Positions 1 to 8,300 are shown, numbered from the stretch's first letter. The stretch: 64,000 nucleotides of DNA from an uncultured Verrucomicrobiae bacterium (GCA_963764165.1 CAVXRD010000002.1:896001-960000), one strand, 5' to 3'. The notes: generated by a model from the letters alone, not told the origin. Translations and numbers: made by a program.

Positions 1-2131
1 CAAGGCGGCGACATTGTTCCGCGCATGACGATTTACCGGACAGACGGCCCGAACGGCGACACGAATTTCAATCCGCTTTATCCCTTCAAGATGCGCGGCC
101 GAGTCGATCAAAACGGAAACGTCATCACCGGACAAAATGTGAGCAATCTCACCTACGCCATCGACATCCCCATCCTCACCAATGGTCCATTCGACATCAT
201 CATCCGAAATGACGCTTCGTCTTCCAACACGCTGGTAAAACTGGACGGCGGAATCGATCTCAACAGCCAGATGGGACTTGGCGTTTCCAACACTTACACG
301 GCGCAAGCTCGCGATTTGCGAGACAACAAGCCCGGCTACGCGGACGATGTTTTCCTGGGTTACGAACAGAGCGCCTTTGATTTCCGCCTACGGCCCGGAA
401 AAATTTGCGGCGGAGAATGTCGTGCGCAACAACGTGACGGCGTCGAACGCGGAAACGTACTCTTACATCGTCGGAGGAACGAACTCGGTCGTGCTGGGAG
501 CGGGAAACGGAAGCGCCATCACCAACAGCGCCGCAACCTGGGTGTATCACAATCCCGCCGACATCGTGAACATCAGCAGCGGCGCTCCACCGACGCAGCT
601 TAATCCGATCTCCCCCACTAATGGTCAATCAGTTGATGTCTGGGTGAAGGTTGGCTACCAATTTCAAATCAACCAATGCACGTTGTATTATACGACAGAC
701 GGAACCGCCCCGCAGGGTTCCTTCGGCAATGGCGCGGGCACCACCAAAACTGCCGCCGGAGTGTGGATCGCGCACGATCAAACGGATTCGACCATTGACT
801 GGTGGAAGGCGACCATTCCCGGGAGCGTCAATACTACCGGCAAAACGATCCGTTATTCGGTGGCGTTGTTCAACAACAGCGTTAAGCCTATCACGAATGC
901 TGTTGCGGATAAACTTTATGGCCTTACGGAGGCTTCAATTACGAATTTCAATCCGGCGACCGCCCTCGTTTGGACGGCCAATGATTTGAGCACAAACAAT
1001 CTTGTGACTGGTTTGCAGCCGGGCATGCACATCGTTCGCGCCCGGACATTTCTTCCGCGGCCGGGGCAATCGAGCGCCTACAATACGTTTTTGAAATCCT
1101 TCTTTTTCGACAGCGCCACTCCGTCTGGTGTGATTGTTTCTCCGCCTTCAGGCTCAACCGTGACCAACGGCACATGCACGATCATCGTCCGCGCGGATAG
1201 CTCGGCGACAGGAGCTTCCATTAACATCCAGGACAGCAATCCGGAGAACGACGACGCCATCACCGGCTATCGTTTCGGCAACGGCAACCGGAATGGCGTT
1301 CCCGTCTTCGTCAGCGCGCAACCCGTGTCAACAACAACACCCGCGCTTGACGCGCTTTACCCAAACCTTCCCGAGGAATATCACTTCACCTATCCCGCGG
1401 TGCCTTCCAGCGGCACGGCCAGCATCACCGTTCTGTTGAGCGAAATCACCACGCCCATTTTGACCAACCGAGTGACGACGCTGACCAATTCATTCATCAC
1501 AGCCGCGCCACCATCCTCATTGCAAATCACCGCGCCAGCCACTGATGGAACAGCCCTCCTGCTCGGCTCGAATTCGACTTACAACGTGCAGGCGTGCTTC
1601 ACCTCGACGCTCGACACCAACAACATCACCGATTTCACGGTTTGGATTAACGGCGCGGAACAACCGCGCTTTGGGGCGAATCCCGGCTCGCCATATTCCA
1701 TCGGCGGCTCGGCGTGCGGGGTGGGATTGCGCACATTTAATTTCGCATGGAGCGCGCCAACGCCCGGCACCAACACGATCCAAATCACGTTCAACGGCGA
1801 TCAAGTATTAAGCGCACAGCGCACGGTTTTGGTTTTCGATCCGGCCAGCAATTCCACGAATTTTGGATTGCCCGGTTATGATTTTTACGTGGCGGGCTCC
1901 AATCCTTCGAACACCAACACGTGGCTGAGGATTACCAGCGTCAACCAGGGATTGGTGAGTTGGAACAGCGTCGCCGGAAAGACATATCAAGTGCTCGCAA
2001 GCACGAATTTGAGCGCCGGCTTCCAATCCATCAGCCCCGTGCTGACTGCGACCGGCACAAACACAACATTCCTCGACAGCGCTTATACGAACGCGCCAGA
2101 TCGATTCTATCGGATTCAGGTTTCGCCGTAA
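1..2131 (+). CDS. C-terminal part of a large secreted Thr/Asn/Ser-rich beta-sandwich protein (possibly carbohydrate-active); 5'-partial, with an apparent +1 frameshift at 387-388
   Basis: Frame open from base 1 to ...YEQSAFDFR. One extra C at 388, then frame 278..2131 continues YGPEKFAA.... Ends in a Verrucomicrobia-type tail (WNSVAGKTYQVLASTNL...RFYRIQVSP). Confidence 0.7.
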
Positions 2132-2322
2132 ATCTGCTATCGGCCTGAGGATATGCGGCTAATCTGAGCGGCCGTGCTATGTCAGGATGCAGGCATGTAT
2201 CTATCCGCCGATTTTTAGCGCACAAGCAAACCAGCGCCGTGCGGAAGTTGATTAACTTATTGTCATGTTCTCCGCTATTTAGTTTGACAGTGATCATAAA
2301 AAATGTTTATTCCGTGCCGCCA

Positions 2323-3759
2323 ATGAAGAGGCTCTCTTTTTTCGGATTTGGGTGCGTCCTTGCAATCGCTTTATCCATCCCTCCCTGCGCTCATGCGCAA
2401 TCTGCGGCTGGGCCTAAAATCGATTCTCCCGCGGTGGCGGTTCCTGCAATTTCGGCGGCCGCACTCTCAACTACCGTGACGCCCGGCCCTCTGGCAGCTT
2501 CGGTTTGGTTTGAATGGGGGCTGGACGCTACTTATGGCAACGCAACCCCGATGGCGGCTATGGCGGGCACGGACGCACAAACCGTCCAGGTTGTGATTCC
2601 AGGTCTCACGCCGTATACCACTTATCATTTTCAGGCGTATGCCTCGAACGCCAATGGCGTCGTTTCGAGCGGAGACGCCAGTTTTATCACTGTGCCTAAG
2701 TTTGTTCAGGCAGGCACAATTTCGAATTGGACCGCGGCTGTTCTTTCGGGAGACGGCCATGAGCTGGTTGCCACATTGAATGACGTCATCTACATCTCGA
2801 CGAATTTCGGAGGGACATTTACTCCGACGGCAGGGACCGGTTCAGTGGCTGCAACTTCTTATGATGGCTCAGTGATCCTCGCTTTGAGCGGGGCAAACCT
2901 GATTAAGTCCAGTGATGGAGGCGTTAGCTGGGCGACCAACGGGACGCCCGCAACATTTGTTTGCCTGTCAGCCTCGACAGACGGGCATACAATAGTCGCC
3001 ACGGACGGAAATCGAAGCTTCTACACGACCACCAGTTTTGGCCCGCCATGGGATGAAGTCACGGTTTTTTACCCGCCCATAACTCACGTGGCGTCATCAT
3101 CGGATGGCAGCTATTTCTACGGCGATTGCATTGATTACGGCACGCTCTACGTTTACGGCGTGGAAAACAGAGGAAGAACCTGGTCTATCTTTAACTCAAT
3201 CTACGGAGCCTCGAACGACGGGGGGATTGCATGCTCTGGGGATGGTTCAGAAGTTGCCGTCGGCACGAGCGGATTCTGGCTTTCCCAGGATTTTTGCTCT
3301 TCATTCACTGATCTCGATCCGTCGCCGACGAACAACCTGGCGGTTGCAGTTTCCCAGGATGGATACACGTTTGTCAGCTCTGTCGGCAGCGCAATAGAGG
3401 TGGCGCCGTACGGAGGAATGGTCTTCTACAGCGCCACCGTCGTTCCGGCCGTTTCGGCCAGTCATCCGTTCACCAGCGTGATGTCCTCCGGCGATGGCAG
3501 CATCCTCGCCGCGTTCAATGGTTGCATATATATCTCCATCCCACCCGTTTTGCTTTCCGCCCCGACGGCGGCGGGGGGCATGTTGACGTTTGAGGTATAT
3601 GGCCAGGCCTACAGCACATACCAAGTACAGGTTTCCTCGGATTTGTTGAACTGGTCGAATCTCGACGCCGTTTCAACTGGCGGCGACGGAACAGCGCAAG
3701 TCAGCGAATTGACCTCTACCAGTTCGAACTGCCAGTTTTTCCGAGTTGTCAGCCAGTGA
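2323..3759 (+). CDS. Secreted protein: signal peptide, fibronectin-III-like domain, BNR/Asp-box propeller-like repeats, Verrucomicrobia-type C-terminal domain
   Basis: MKRLSFFGFGCVLAIALS...AHAQ signal; GLTPYTTYHFQAYASN FN3 motif; STNFGGTF and SSDGGVSW Asp-box-like motifs; YQVQVSSDLLNW...FFRVVSQ tail. Confidence 0.75.
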   Translation: MKRLSFFGFGCVLAIALSIPPCAHAQSAAGPKIDSPAVAVPAISAAALSTTVTPGPLAASVWFEWGLDATYGNATPMAAMAGTDAQTVQVVIPGLTPYTTYHFQAYASNANGVVSSGDASFITVPKFVQAGTISNWTAAVLSGDGHELVATLNDVIYISTNFGGTFTPTAGTGSVAATSYDGSVILALSGANLIKSSDGGVSWATNGTPATFVCLSASTDGHTIVATDGNRSFYTTTSFGPPWDEVTVFYPPITHVASSSDGSYFYGDCIDYGTLYVYGVENRGRTWSIFNSIYGASNDGGIACSGDGSEVAVGTSGFWLSQDFCSSFTDLDPSPTNNLAVAVSQDGYTFVSSVGSAIEVAPYGGMVFYSATVVPAVSASHPFTSVMSSGDGSILAAFNGCIYISIPPVLLSAPTAAGGMLTFEVYGQAYSTYQVQVSSDLLNWSNLDAVSTGGDGTAQVSELTSTSSNCQFFRVVSQ

Positions 3760-3855
3760 CAAAAATTCAGCAACCGCCGCCCCTGCGAAACTGTGGCGGT
3801 CGCGCCTGCGTCGCTGCCAAAAAGTAATATGCGCCCTCCCTAACCGTCGCCGCTA

Positions 3856-3887
3856 TTGACTGGTGCAGATGTAAAACGTAGTATTAC
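3856..3887 (+). promoter_or_regulatory. Sigma-70-type promoter with overlapping operator dyad; leaderless transcript of the antitoxin
   Basis: TTGACT (3856-3861), 17 nt, TAGTAT (3879-3884), ATG at 3891. Imperfect dyad GTAAAAC-GTA-GTATTAC at 3871-3887. Confidence 0.65.
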
Positions 3888-3890
3888 GGT

Positions 3891-4118
3891 ATGATTAAGA
3901 CCATTTCCAAAGTTGGAAACTCAAACGGCATCATATTCGACGCGGCGATCATGGACTTGGCGCGACTTCAGACTGGCGATCAGGTCAACCTGGAGATCCA
4001 TGAAGGCGGCACCATCACGCTGACCCCGATCCGTCCACACCCTTCGCGCGAAAAGATTACCAAGACGATCAAATCCACGGTCAAGAATTACGCCCGCACC
4101 CTGAAACGGCTGGCGTGA
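3891..4118 (+). CDS. AbrB/MazE/SpoVT-family antitoxin (Doc-associated type)
   Basis: MIKTISKVGNSNGIIF...GDQVNLEI...ITLTP AbrB signature; C-terminal KNYARTLKRLA; stop overlaps the next GTG. Confidence 0.85.
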   Translation: MIKTISKVGNSNGIIFDAAIMDLARLQTGDQVNLEIHEGGTITLTPIRPHPSREKITKTIKSTVKNYARTLKRLA

Positions 4119-4196
4119 GTGTCACCCCAAATCATTGTATTCACCTCACGGTGGAGATTGTCCGCGAGATGCACGCGGTGGTCATCGAATGTTTTC
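4115..4196 (+). pseudogene. doc: 5' fragment of a Doc/Fic (death-on-curing) toxin gene
   Basis: GTG overlapping the antitoxin stop reads MSVTPNHCIHLTVEIVREMHAVVIECF, like the Doc N-terminal helix. Similarity stops before the GG..G.RD and HPFxxGN motifs. Confidence 0.65.
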
Positions 4197-4224
4197 ATGT
4201 CGCACAATATAACTTGGACGACGT
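4197..4224. other. Xer/dif-like 11-6-11 recombination dyad at the doc breakpoint
   Basis: ATGTCGCACAA-TATAAC-TTGGACGACGT; the arms match at 8/11 as inverted repeats. A second half-site ACGTCGCACAA lies at 4270-4280. Confidence 0.45.
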
Positions 4225-4415
4225 GCCAGTTGAAAAAGGCTCAATTCGGTGACGGTTTTGGCACAAACTACGTCGCACAATAATTCGACATCACGTTCGG
4301 CCATCGCGCAGAGATAGACAAAGCCCATTTGCATCTCGGAGCGTCAGCGTCTTTGGAACTATGAAAATGGTCCCCTTGACAGCCCGACCATGTGTGTGTT
4401 GTTGTCACGCTTTGC

Positions 4416-4448
4416 TTGCTTTTCGGTGAAGCGCGGTGGTATTATAAT
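4416..4448 (+). promoter_or_regulatory. Sigma-70-type promoter with extended -10, not followed by an ORF
   Basis: TTGCTT (4416-4421), 18 nt, TG-n-TATTAT (4437-4445), with overlapping TATAAT (4443-4448). Confidence 0.65.
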
Positions 4449-4451
4449 CCT

Positions 4452-4540
4452 GCACTTGTGAGAGCATTAGTTCTCCAGCGGTCGACTCAAAACCGCAGAC
4501 GAGTGCTTGACAAAGGCCACCGGAAATCCCGGTGGTTTTT
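4452..4540 (+). ncRNA. Candidate structured small RNA (three-way junction plus terminator)
   Basis: P1 GCACTTGT/ACGAGTGC (4452-4459/4499-4506); P2 GAGAG/TTCTC (4460-4464/4471-4475); P3 GCGGT/ACCGC (4478-4482/4492-4496). Starts 7 nt after the -10 and ends in a hairpin plus T-tract. Confidence 0.55.
4512..4540. terminator. Intrinsic terminator, probably bidirectional
   Basis: AAAGG-CCACCGG-AAATC-CCGGTGG-TTTTT, 3 nt from the stop codon of the convergent 4544..5023 gene. Confidence 0.8.
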
Positions 4541-4543
4541 GCT

Positions 4544-5023
4544 TTAGTCCAGTGCCGGTGTCCCGCTGTGGATAAGCCGCTTTCCATACTCGTTCTGCGT
4601 CCAAAACGGAATGATGCTCCAGAATATTCTCATGCCGCCCGGCAATTGTTTGACAATGACTTTGAATCGTCGACCTTCCAGAACGGCGATGAACTCGTAA
4701 TAGGTGACTGAAACCAGCAGCTTTTCCCATTTGCCGTGCCTCTGTCGCCGCTGCCATTCGTTGACTTCCTCGATGCCCTGCACGGTCCGCGATAGCCGGA
4801 GAATTGCTGGCGCATTGGCAATCTGTTTAAGACGCATAAACTGGTCTGGCCTGTGACGCCCTCGATTCCAAGTCTGATGGCGAATATGCTCGAATCCTTG
4901 AGCGTTGAATTTGACCGGGCCGGAAAAGTAAGGGCAATGCACGGTGTCGATACTCTCGTAGAAATCGTGTGCTTTTTGAAGGACGGCGGAAAATTCCGAT
5001 TCGGTAAATTCAAGGCCAGCCAT
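4544..5023 (-). CDS. Hypothetical protein, putative BECR-fold (barnase/EndoU/colicin D-E5/RelE-like) ribonuclease
   Basis: 159 aa. VHCPYF..VKFNAQGFEHI, R..DQFMRL, YYEFIAV...RFKVIVKQ...IFWSIIP: a strand-His-helix start and a C-terminal beta-meander, as in PBECR/LPD3-like domains. The fold call is inference. Confidence 0.6.
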   Translation of the reverse strand: MAGLEFTESEFSAVLQKAHDFYESIDTVHCPYFSGPVKFNAQGFEHIRHQTWNRGRHRPDQFMRLKQIANAPAILRLSRTVQGIEEVNEWQRRQRHGKWEKLLVSVTYYEFIAVLEGRRFKVIVKQLPGGMRIFWSIIPFWTQNEYGKRLIHSGTPALD

Positions 5024-5273
5024 TTTAGAATTGAATGATGGCTATCGGCGATTTCGACTCTGCATCAAGCAAGCGGCGATTCTTTGAGCGAACAGCGATC
5101 CTCGTTTGAATAACCACGTCACCACTGTTTTCGGCTGCCTGAGATCGAAGCCATTCAAGGAGGGTCTGAATTGTAAGCGGTTGCACTTCCATGATGTTTC
5201 ATTCTACCGCATTTTGTCGCTGTCGCGCAACTTGACGCCTTCGGCTTGGCCGCTATTTCGCGACGTTCCCGAG

Positions 5274-5394
5274 TTATCCCCACACCTTAAAAGGAAATCT
5301 CTTATTCTTTATCTGTATATTCTTATATAGAGAGAGGTAAACCTACTTACCTTAAGATGTCGGCAGGTTTACGTCTTGAAGTAAACCTATTTAC
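5274..5394. other. Putative replication origin of the integrated element
   Basis: DnaA-box-like TTATCCCCA (5274-5282), an AT-rich tract (~5285-5335) and three 14-bp iterons at 5337, 5359 (inverted) and 5381, with 22-bp period. Confidence 0.55.
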
Positions 5395-5757
5395 ATCTGG
5401 ATGCTCCCAACCTCCGTTTTGACCGTTAACCTGGAAATGAATTGTATAAAGGTTGGTCTTGCCCTGGCCGCGACGGTTAATGGTTACAAGGCCAAAGCGC
5501 ACCAATTCCCCAATCAACTGCGTGACACGAACCCGTGTCACGCCCATATCGTCGGCGAGCCGTTCTTGCCCCGGAAAGCATGAGTCGTTGTGCCATGCGT
5601 AGCTCAAAAACATCGCGTAAGCAACCTTCGCGCCGATTGACAACTTTGGATCTCTTAAAATGAAATTCGGAACCTGGGTAAATCCGCCTCGCAACACCGG
5701 ATTGTCTGTGTCCAGTTGCAGGTTCTTCTCCTTGATGATTTCACCTATGGTTTTCAT
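5347..5757 (-). CDS. Winged-HTH (HTH_36-like) phage/plasmid replication-initiator-type protein
   Basis: GFTQVPNFILRDPKLSIGAKVAYAMFLSYAW...CFPGQERLADDMGVT...LIGELVRFGLV...RRGQGKTNLY. Confidence 0.8.
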   Translation of the reverse strand: MKTIGEIIKEKNLQLDTDNPVLRGGFTQVPNFILRDPKLSIGAKVAYAMFLSYAWHNDSCFPGQERLADDMGVTRVRVTQLIGELVRFGLVTINRRGQGKTNLYTIHFQVNGQNGGWEHPDVNRFTSRRKPADILR

Positions 5758-5797
5758 TTGTGGTATGATTGTCCCATAAGTCCGCGTGCGCTCCAAA

Positions 5798-5806
5798 TGT
5801 GGATAA
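5798..5806. promoter_or_regulatory. Perfect DnaA box between the two divergent genes
   Basis: TGTGGATAA is the reverse complement of TTATCCACA. Confidence 0.5.
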
Positions 5807-5839
5807 CCCGGACTTCCCCACCTTCATAAAAAAATCTTT

Positions 5840-6529
5840 ATGGATCATAACAATGAAAATCAATCCGGCACGGTGCTGCCAGATAACGCAGAGTTCGGAA
5901 ACGTGCAGAACAATTCCGAATCGTTCGGAAAGATTCCGCACGTTGCGGAAAGGTTCGGAAGAATTCCGAACGATGCCGAAAGGTTCCGAAGCGTTCCGAG
6001 GGCTTCCGCAAGGAACGAAAATCACACGCTTACAGTCCGCGACTCGGCTCGGATGTTCGAGGCCGCAGGGGTCGCTCGGACGGAACGGAGCATTGTTAAT
6101 TGGTGCCAGCCTAACAAATCAGGTATCGCCAGATTGGACGCGTATTTCGATCCAAATGAACGTCGGTATTTTATTACGTCCCAAAGTGTGGAATCCGCAA
6201 TCGCGGAAGAATTGGCCAAAGCGGCTAAGGGCGGCGAGCCTTCCGAACCTGACGGCATGCTTCGGAAAGGTTCGGAAAAGCCGCAAACCGATAGCGAGTC
6301 GCATAGCGACAGCGACCGGAGCAGGGAATTGGAAAAGGAGAACCTGGATTTGAAGATCACCAACCGGGGCAAGGATTTTTTCATCGAGCAACTTCAGAAA
6401 GAACGGGAATCCTTTGCCCGGGAGCGCGAGAATTATGTCGAAAAATTGATGTCCTTCAACCGGCAAGTTGGTGAACTCGAGGCCAAGTTACATCAATTAG
6501 ACTCTCCAAAATCAAGCCCTTCCTCTTGA
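5840..6529 (+). CDS. Putative DNA-binding protein: repeat-encoded N-terminus, HTH/excisionase-like core, C-terminal coiled coil
   Basis: HTLTVRDSARMF...RTERSIVNWCQ...RRYFITSQSV, then a heptad-rich ELEKENLDLKI...LEAKLHQL. Confidence 0.7.
   Translation: MDHNNENQSGTVLPDNAEFGNVQNNSESFGKIPHVAERFGRIPNDAERFRSVPRASARNENHTLTVRDSARMFEAAGVARTERSIVNWCQPNKSGIARLDAYFDPNERRYFITSQSVESAIAEELAKAAKGGEPSEPDGMLRKGSEKPQTDSESHSDSDRSRELEKENLDLKITNRGKDFFIEQLQKERESFARERENYVEKLMSFNRQVGELEAKLHQLDSPKSSPSS
5891..6000. repeat. Eleven tandem 10-bp repeats, consensus nnnTTC(C/G)GAA
   Basis: gagttcggaa acgtgcagaa caattccgaa tcgttcggaa agattccgca cgttgcggaa aggttcggaa gaattccgaa cgatgccgaa aggttccgaa gcgttccgag. Further copies at 6241, 6261 and 6271. 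Confidence 0.9.
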
Positions 6530-6759
6530 CAACCGCAATCGCGCCTGCAAAATCGAAGCATCATCAATGATCCAATCGCCTCGCAAACGTAAACCGAGGC
6601 GAGCAGTGAAATACTCCGGTGCTCGCGCGCGAAGGGAAAATTGGTTTTTTCGCGTCCTGGGAGAATCCCGAAGTGAAGTGAATTGCTTTGCCCCCTGATT
6701 TTTAACTAAAGTGGCCGTGTTCCCGACAATCGAGGACAACAACGATAAGGCATTGAGAC

Positions 6760-7524
6760 GTGATGAACAGAGGCAATAAAGCGAGTTTGGATCAGGGAGC
6801 AGATTTGCTCGACGCCGTTGCAGCGGATGGCGGCGATGGGCGCGAGTCCCTTTCTGGTTTGGAGATAGCCCGATCTGAAAGCGCGGTGGCCGCTGGATTT
6901 AAATTCGGCACAAACGGTCCTCATTCGAGCCGGACGATGATGATCAATGACCTGTGCGTATTGCTGGAACGGACTCCTCCGGAAGCCTCGCTCGCTGATT
7001 TTCGGCGAATTATCGTGGACGAAAATCTGCTGAACAAAAAAACCGATTCCACTCGACGCGAAACTTTGCGGCGACTGCGGGAGCTTTACGCGCTTGACGG
7101 GGATACACCGGTGTTCCGCGTCCTCCGAAATTACTGGTCGCACGACCCCGTTGGACGCCCTCTGTTAGCTCTACTCGTCGCGCTTGCCCGTGACCCGTTG
7201 TTGCGAATTTCTTCGTCGGTCATTTTGAATGCGCGGCTTGGAAGTGAAGTGCCTGTCAGCTTATTTGACGAGGCCCTCTCGCGTGCCATGCCAGGCCATT
7301 TCCGTCCCAAGATACAGGCCGCGACGGCGCGGCACATCGCCTCCTCTTGGGAACAGTCTGGTCATCTCGCAGGGAGATTGCGCAAGACACGCGCTGTTGT
7401 GTCTCCGACGCCGTGGACTGTTGCTTTGGCGGTGTTTCTCGCATATCTTGCGGGTGGGCGAGGCGAATACACCCGGTCTGTTTCCAAAAAGCTGAAGGTT
7501 CTGTCGTTATCCTCAAGTTTTTGA
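6760..7524 (+). pseudogene. BREX BrxA-like protein, C-terminally truncated near 7468
   Basis: GFKFG..GPHSSRTMM, IVDENLLNKKT, LRELYALD, GRPLLALLVALARDPLLR, SSWEQSGHLAGR and FLAYLAGGRGE resemble the BrxA-like first gene of BREX loci. Sequence after GRGE is unrelated and no brxB/C follows. Confidence 0.65.
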
Positions 7525-7745
7525 GCGGCTTCCGATTCCCGGATTCCTGGCAAAAATCGTTTCTTCTTGAGGTGTTTCCCAAGGGGTGTAGGCCCTTTTC
7601 GGTGTCCATATAGGCGCAACGTCCTTTCGAGAGACGAATACGATGCAGTCGCAAAAAAGGCAATATCGCGCACGCAGGACAGCGAAATACGAGGTTTGTC
7701 ACCGAATGGAGTCTCAGGAAATGGATTCCGAGGAAAACGGGCATC

Positions 7746-7949
7746 TTATTCTCACTCCGCACGTTGTGAGAATCGCTTTAACCTGCTGCAAATGCAGGGC
7801 TTTCCGAGGCGACTTCAAAAATCTCGCTGCTGTTATTCTCACTTTTATTCTCATTATGTGAGTTTTGGGAGTGCGTTAATTTCATAAGCGCTTGAACATC
7901 AACGCACTAATTGTGAATGGAGCGGGTGAAGGGAATCGAACCCTCGTCT
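7746..7949 (-). mobile_element. att-site remnant of a tyrosine-integrase element: 3' fragment of tRNA-Gly plus arm-type repeats
   Basis: 7918-7949 (-) reads AGACGAGGGTTCGATTCCCTTCACCCGCTCCA (T-arm, acceptor 3' strand, U73, CCA) with no D or anticodon arm. TTATTCTCA at 7746, 7833 and 7845; inverted TGAGAAT at 7767. Confidence 0.7.
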
Positions 7950-8063
7950 CGATGACTCGCATTGAGTGCATAAAAATTCGCCGCGCTGGCGCAAATGAAT
8001 GCGCTGATCGATCGCACCGGCATCGGTGCTTGAAAATCCGCCGGCGTATGGGAAGATAGCCGC

Positions 8064-8300
8064 ATGAACTCGGACGACCTGCGATTAATTGACAGCCGTT
8101 TTTGATCCCGCGCCAGAGAGCAGCTACACCTGCCACTTCGAGAATTGCCAGAGATTTTTTCCGAAGGCGAAACCGTGGAGCAGGCCAAGGCAAACCTTTT
8201 GGATGCGCAGACGCAAGTGATGGAGTATCACCGGGATGAAGCGCGGAAGAACCCCGTACACGGCTCGATGCGCGAAGAATTCGAACTTGCGGCTTCGTGA
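8064..8300 (+). pseudogene. hicB: HicB-family antitoxin pseudogene (two frameshifts)
   Basis: Manual joining of frames gives MNSDDLR/LTAVFDPAPESSYTCHFE/LPEIFSEGETVEQAKANLLDA...EEFELAAS*. Confidence 0.7.

Noticed and set aside
4452..4506. Purine riboswitch or hammerhead ribozyme identity for the three-way RNA
   Set aside because: It lacks the purine-aptamer junction sequences and the CUGANGA/GAAA core, and no downstream gene lies on the same strand.
5891..6000. CRISPR array
   Set aside because: Contiguous 10-bp units with no 25-45-nt spacers, and no cas genes in the window.
6760..7524. Functional BREX system
   Set aside because: Only one truncated brxA-like gene is present.
4198..7950. Tn7/Mu-like transposon starting at TGT 4198
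   Set aside because: No matching inverted end, target duplication or transposase gene found.
7918..7995. Intact tRNA-Gly
   Set aside because: Only the T-arm and acceptor 3' strand are present; the upstream sequence has no GCGGGTG 5' strand or D arm.
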